Part shown: one piece after another, positions 61,001 through 64,000 of the stretch
Layout: every line of letters begins with the position of its first letter
Numbering within the stretch: position 1 is the first letter of the stretch
Assembly (NCBI GenBank): GCA_964016885.1
Contig: OZ024745.1
Coordinates: forward strand, 83,266,001-83,330,000
DNA length: 64,000 nt
Source: Eledone cirrhosa
Lineage: Eukaryota
Direction: 5' to 3'
Program-made: the position numbers and the translations under genes
The notes under the pieces: generated by a model
Told to the model about the DNA's origin: nothing
What the model saw: only the letters and a program-made list of their open reading frames with translations
The model's database searches: none

Positions 61001-64000
61001 TCGGCCAGGTGCACCGAAACGATAAACGGAAAAAATGAAACGAAATTTCATTTCCCACTCTTAGTACGGCTGTTACTGAAATATAAGTATGTATGCGCAC
61101 ATACATATATGTATACAGACGTACAGTAGTATGTATATATATATACATACATGCACAGATATATATATGTGCGTATGGATTCACCGAACAGTTATTATAA
61201 TGCTCGGTGTGTTTGTAAACAAACATCCCGTATTAAGCCGTAGTGTCTAGCAACCATGGTTGCTCGTTTGTTCAACACTGACAAAGGAACGCTGTACTAG
61301 TTTCAAGCTTATTATCTATAGTCAGCAACGTATACCTTCCTGCCAGATGATTGAACGTCTGAAAGTATATACTTTTCTTATGCATATTAACGGCTGAGTA
61401 GCCCAATTTGCACATCAAGTGGGTTAATCGGCCGGGTGCACCGAAAATGATAAACGGAAAAAATGAAACGAAATTTAATTTCCCACTCTTAGTACGGCTG
61501 TTACTTAAATATAAGTATGTATACGTACATACATCTATGTATACAGACGCACATTAGTATGTATATATTTATACATACATGCACACATATATATATGTAC
61601 GTATGGATTCACCGAACATTTATTATAATGCTCCGAGTGTTTGAAACAAGCATTCCGTTTAAGCCGTAGTGTCTAGCAACCATCGTTGCTCGTTTGTTCA
61701 ACACTGACAAAGGAACGCTGTACCAGTTTCAAACTTATTAGTTAACGTCAGCAACGTATACCTTCCTGCCAGATGATTGAGTGTCCGAAAGTATATACTT
61801 TCCTTATGCATATTAACGGATGAGTAGCCCAATTTGCATATCAAGTGTGTTAACCGGCCGGTTGCACCGAAAACAATAAACGGAAAACATGAAAGTAAAT
61901 TTCATTTCCCACTCTTAGTACGGCTGTTACTTAAATATAAGTATGTATACGTACATACATATATGTATACATAGGTACAGTAGTATGTATATATATATAT
62001 ACATACGTGCAAACATATATATATGTACATATGGATTCACCGAACAGTTATTATAATGCTCGGTGTGTTTGTAAACAAACAGCCCGTATTAAGCCGTAGT
62101 GTCTAGCAACCATGGTTGCTCGTTTGTTCAACACTGACGAAGGAACGGCGTACCAGTTTCAAGCTTATTAGCTATCGTCAGCAACGTATACCTTCCTGCC
62201 AGATGATTGAATATCTGAAAGTATATACTTTCCCTATGCACATTAACGGCTGAGTAGCCCAATTTTCATATCGAGTGGGTTAATCGGCCGGGTGCACCGA
62301 AAACGATAAACGGAAAAAATGAAACGAGATTTCATTTCCCACTCTTAGTACGGCTGTTACTTAAATATAAGTATGTATACGTACATACATATATGTATTC
62401 AGACGTACAGTAGTATGAATATATATATACATACATGCACACATATATATATGTACGTATGGATTCACCGAACATTTATTATAATGCTCGGTGTGTTTGT
62501 AAACAAGCATTCCGTTTAAGCCGTAGTGTCTAGCAACCATCGTTGCTCGTTTGTTCAACACTGACAAAGGAACGCTGTACTAGTTTCAAGCTTATTAGTT
62601 ATCGTCAGCAACGTCCTGCCAGATGATTGCGCGTCGGAAAGTATATACTTTCCTTATGCATATTAACGGCTGAGTAGACCAATTTGCATATCGAGTGGGT
62701 TAATCGGCCGGGTGCACCGAAAACGATAAATGGAAAAAATGAAAAGAAATTTAATTTCCCAATCTTAGTACGGCTATTACTTAAATATAAGCATGTATAC
62801 GCACATACATATATGTATACAGACGTACAGTAGTATGTACATATATATACATACATGCACACATATGTATATGTACGTATGGATTCACCGAACAGTTACT
62901 AAAATGTTCGGTGTCTTTGTAAACAAACATGCCGTATTAAGCCGTAGTGTCTAGCAACCATCGTTGCTCGTTTATTCAACACTGACAAAGGAACGCTGTA
63001 CTAGTTTCAAGCTTATTAGCTATTGTCAGCAACGTATACCTTCCTGCCAGATAATTGAACGTCTGAAAGTATATACTTTCCATACGCATATTAACGGCTG
63101 AGTAGCCCAATTTGCATATCGAGTGGGTTAAAAGGCCGAGTGCACCGAAAACGATAAACATAAAAATTGAAACGAGATTCCATTTCCCACTCTTAGTACA
63201 GCTGTTACGTAAATATAAGTATGTATACATACATATATGTATTCAGACGTACAGTAGTATGTATATATATATATACATAAATGCACACATATATATATGT
63301 ACGTATGGATTCAGCGAATATTTATTATAATGCACGGTGTGTTTGTAAACAAACATCCCGTATTAAGCCGTAGTGTCTAAAAACTATGGTTTCTCGTTTG
63401 TTCAACACTGACGAAGGAACGCTGTACCAGTTTCAAGCTTATTAGCTATCGTCAGCAACGTATACCTTCCTGCCAGATGATTGAACGTCTGAAAGTATAT
63501 ACTTTTCTTATGCATATTAACGGCTGAGTAGCCCAATTTGCACATCAAGTGGGTTAATCGGCCGGGTGCACCGAAAATGATAAACGGAAAAAATGAAACG
63601 AAATTTAATTTCCCACTCTTAGTACGGCTGTTACTTAAATATAAGTATGTATACGTACATACATCTATGTATACAGACGCACATTAGTATGTATATATTT
63701 ATACATACATGCACACATATATATATGTACGTATGGATTCACCGAACATTTATTATAATGCTCCGAGTGTTTGAAACAAGCATTCCGTTTAAGCCGTAGT
63801 GTCTAGCAACCATAGTTGCTCGTTTGTTCAACACTGACAAAGGAACGCTGTACCAGTTTCAAAATTATTAGTTAACATCAGCAACGTATACCTTCCTGCC
63901 AGATGATTGAGTGTCCGAAAGTATATACTTTCCTTATGCATATTAACGGATGAGTAGCCCAATTTTCATATCAAGTGTGTTAACCGGCCTGTTGCACCGA
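58051..64000. repeat. Tandem satellite, unit ~428 bp, ~14 copies, continues beyond window
   Basis: Marker G(C/T)ACC(G/A)AAA recurs at ~58414, 58842, 59272, 59741, 60154, 60583, 61011, 61438, 61864, 62294, 62714, 63142, 63568 and 63994. Confidence 0.97.

Noticed and set aside
36390-63330. Many short ORFs rich in YI, CV, TH or LS dipeptides
   Set aside because: They are translations of (TA)n, (TG)n and (TC)n microsatellites or satellite units, with no coding signal.
58051-64000. Satellite as a CRISPR array or as tandem hammerhead retrozymes (CAGATGA...GAAAGTATATACTT)
   Set aside because: There are no unique spacers and the context is eukaryotic. The core reads CAGATGA rather than CTGANGA, and stems I and II cannot form.

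Overview
Gene-free, repeat-dominated animal genomic DNA with no host protein-coding gene recognisable. The SINE family and (TA)n/(TAA)n richness suggest a cephalopod such as Octopus (inference). Bases 1-36.2 kb are a nest of two unrelated non-LTR retrotransposon types packed into (TAA)n/(ATT)n microsatellite: Tx1/L1-clade elements (zinc-knuckle ORF1 plus APE-RT ORF2; three full-length copies) and R4/Dong-type RT-RLE elements. They are always in opposite orientations and form two polarised domains. Bases 35.6-58 kb are AT-rich and hold tRNA-derived SINEs whose 3' end matches the Tx1 tail, Penelope-like GIY-YIG fragments, several (TA)n-flanked foldbacks carrying type I hammerhead ribozyme motifs (two with a compensatory U3-A8 core), a mariner relic, RTE and CR1-group fragments, and Helitron-like elements. 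Bases 58.05-64 kb are a hairpin-rich satellite with a unit of about 428 bp. Element boundaries were read by eye and are approximate to a few bases.
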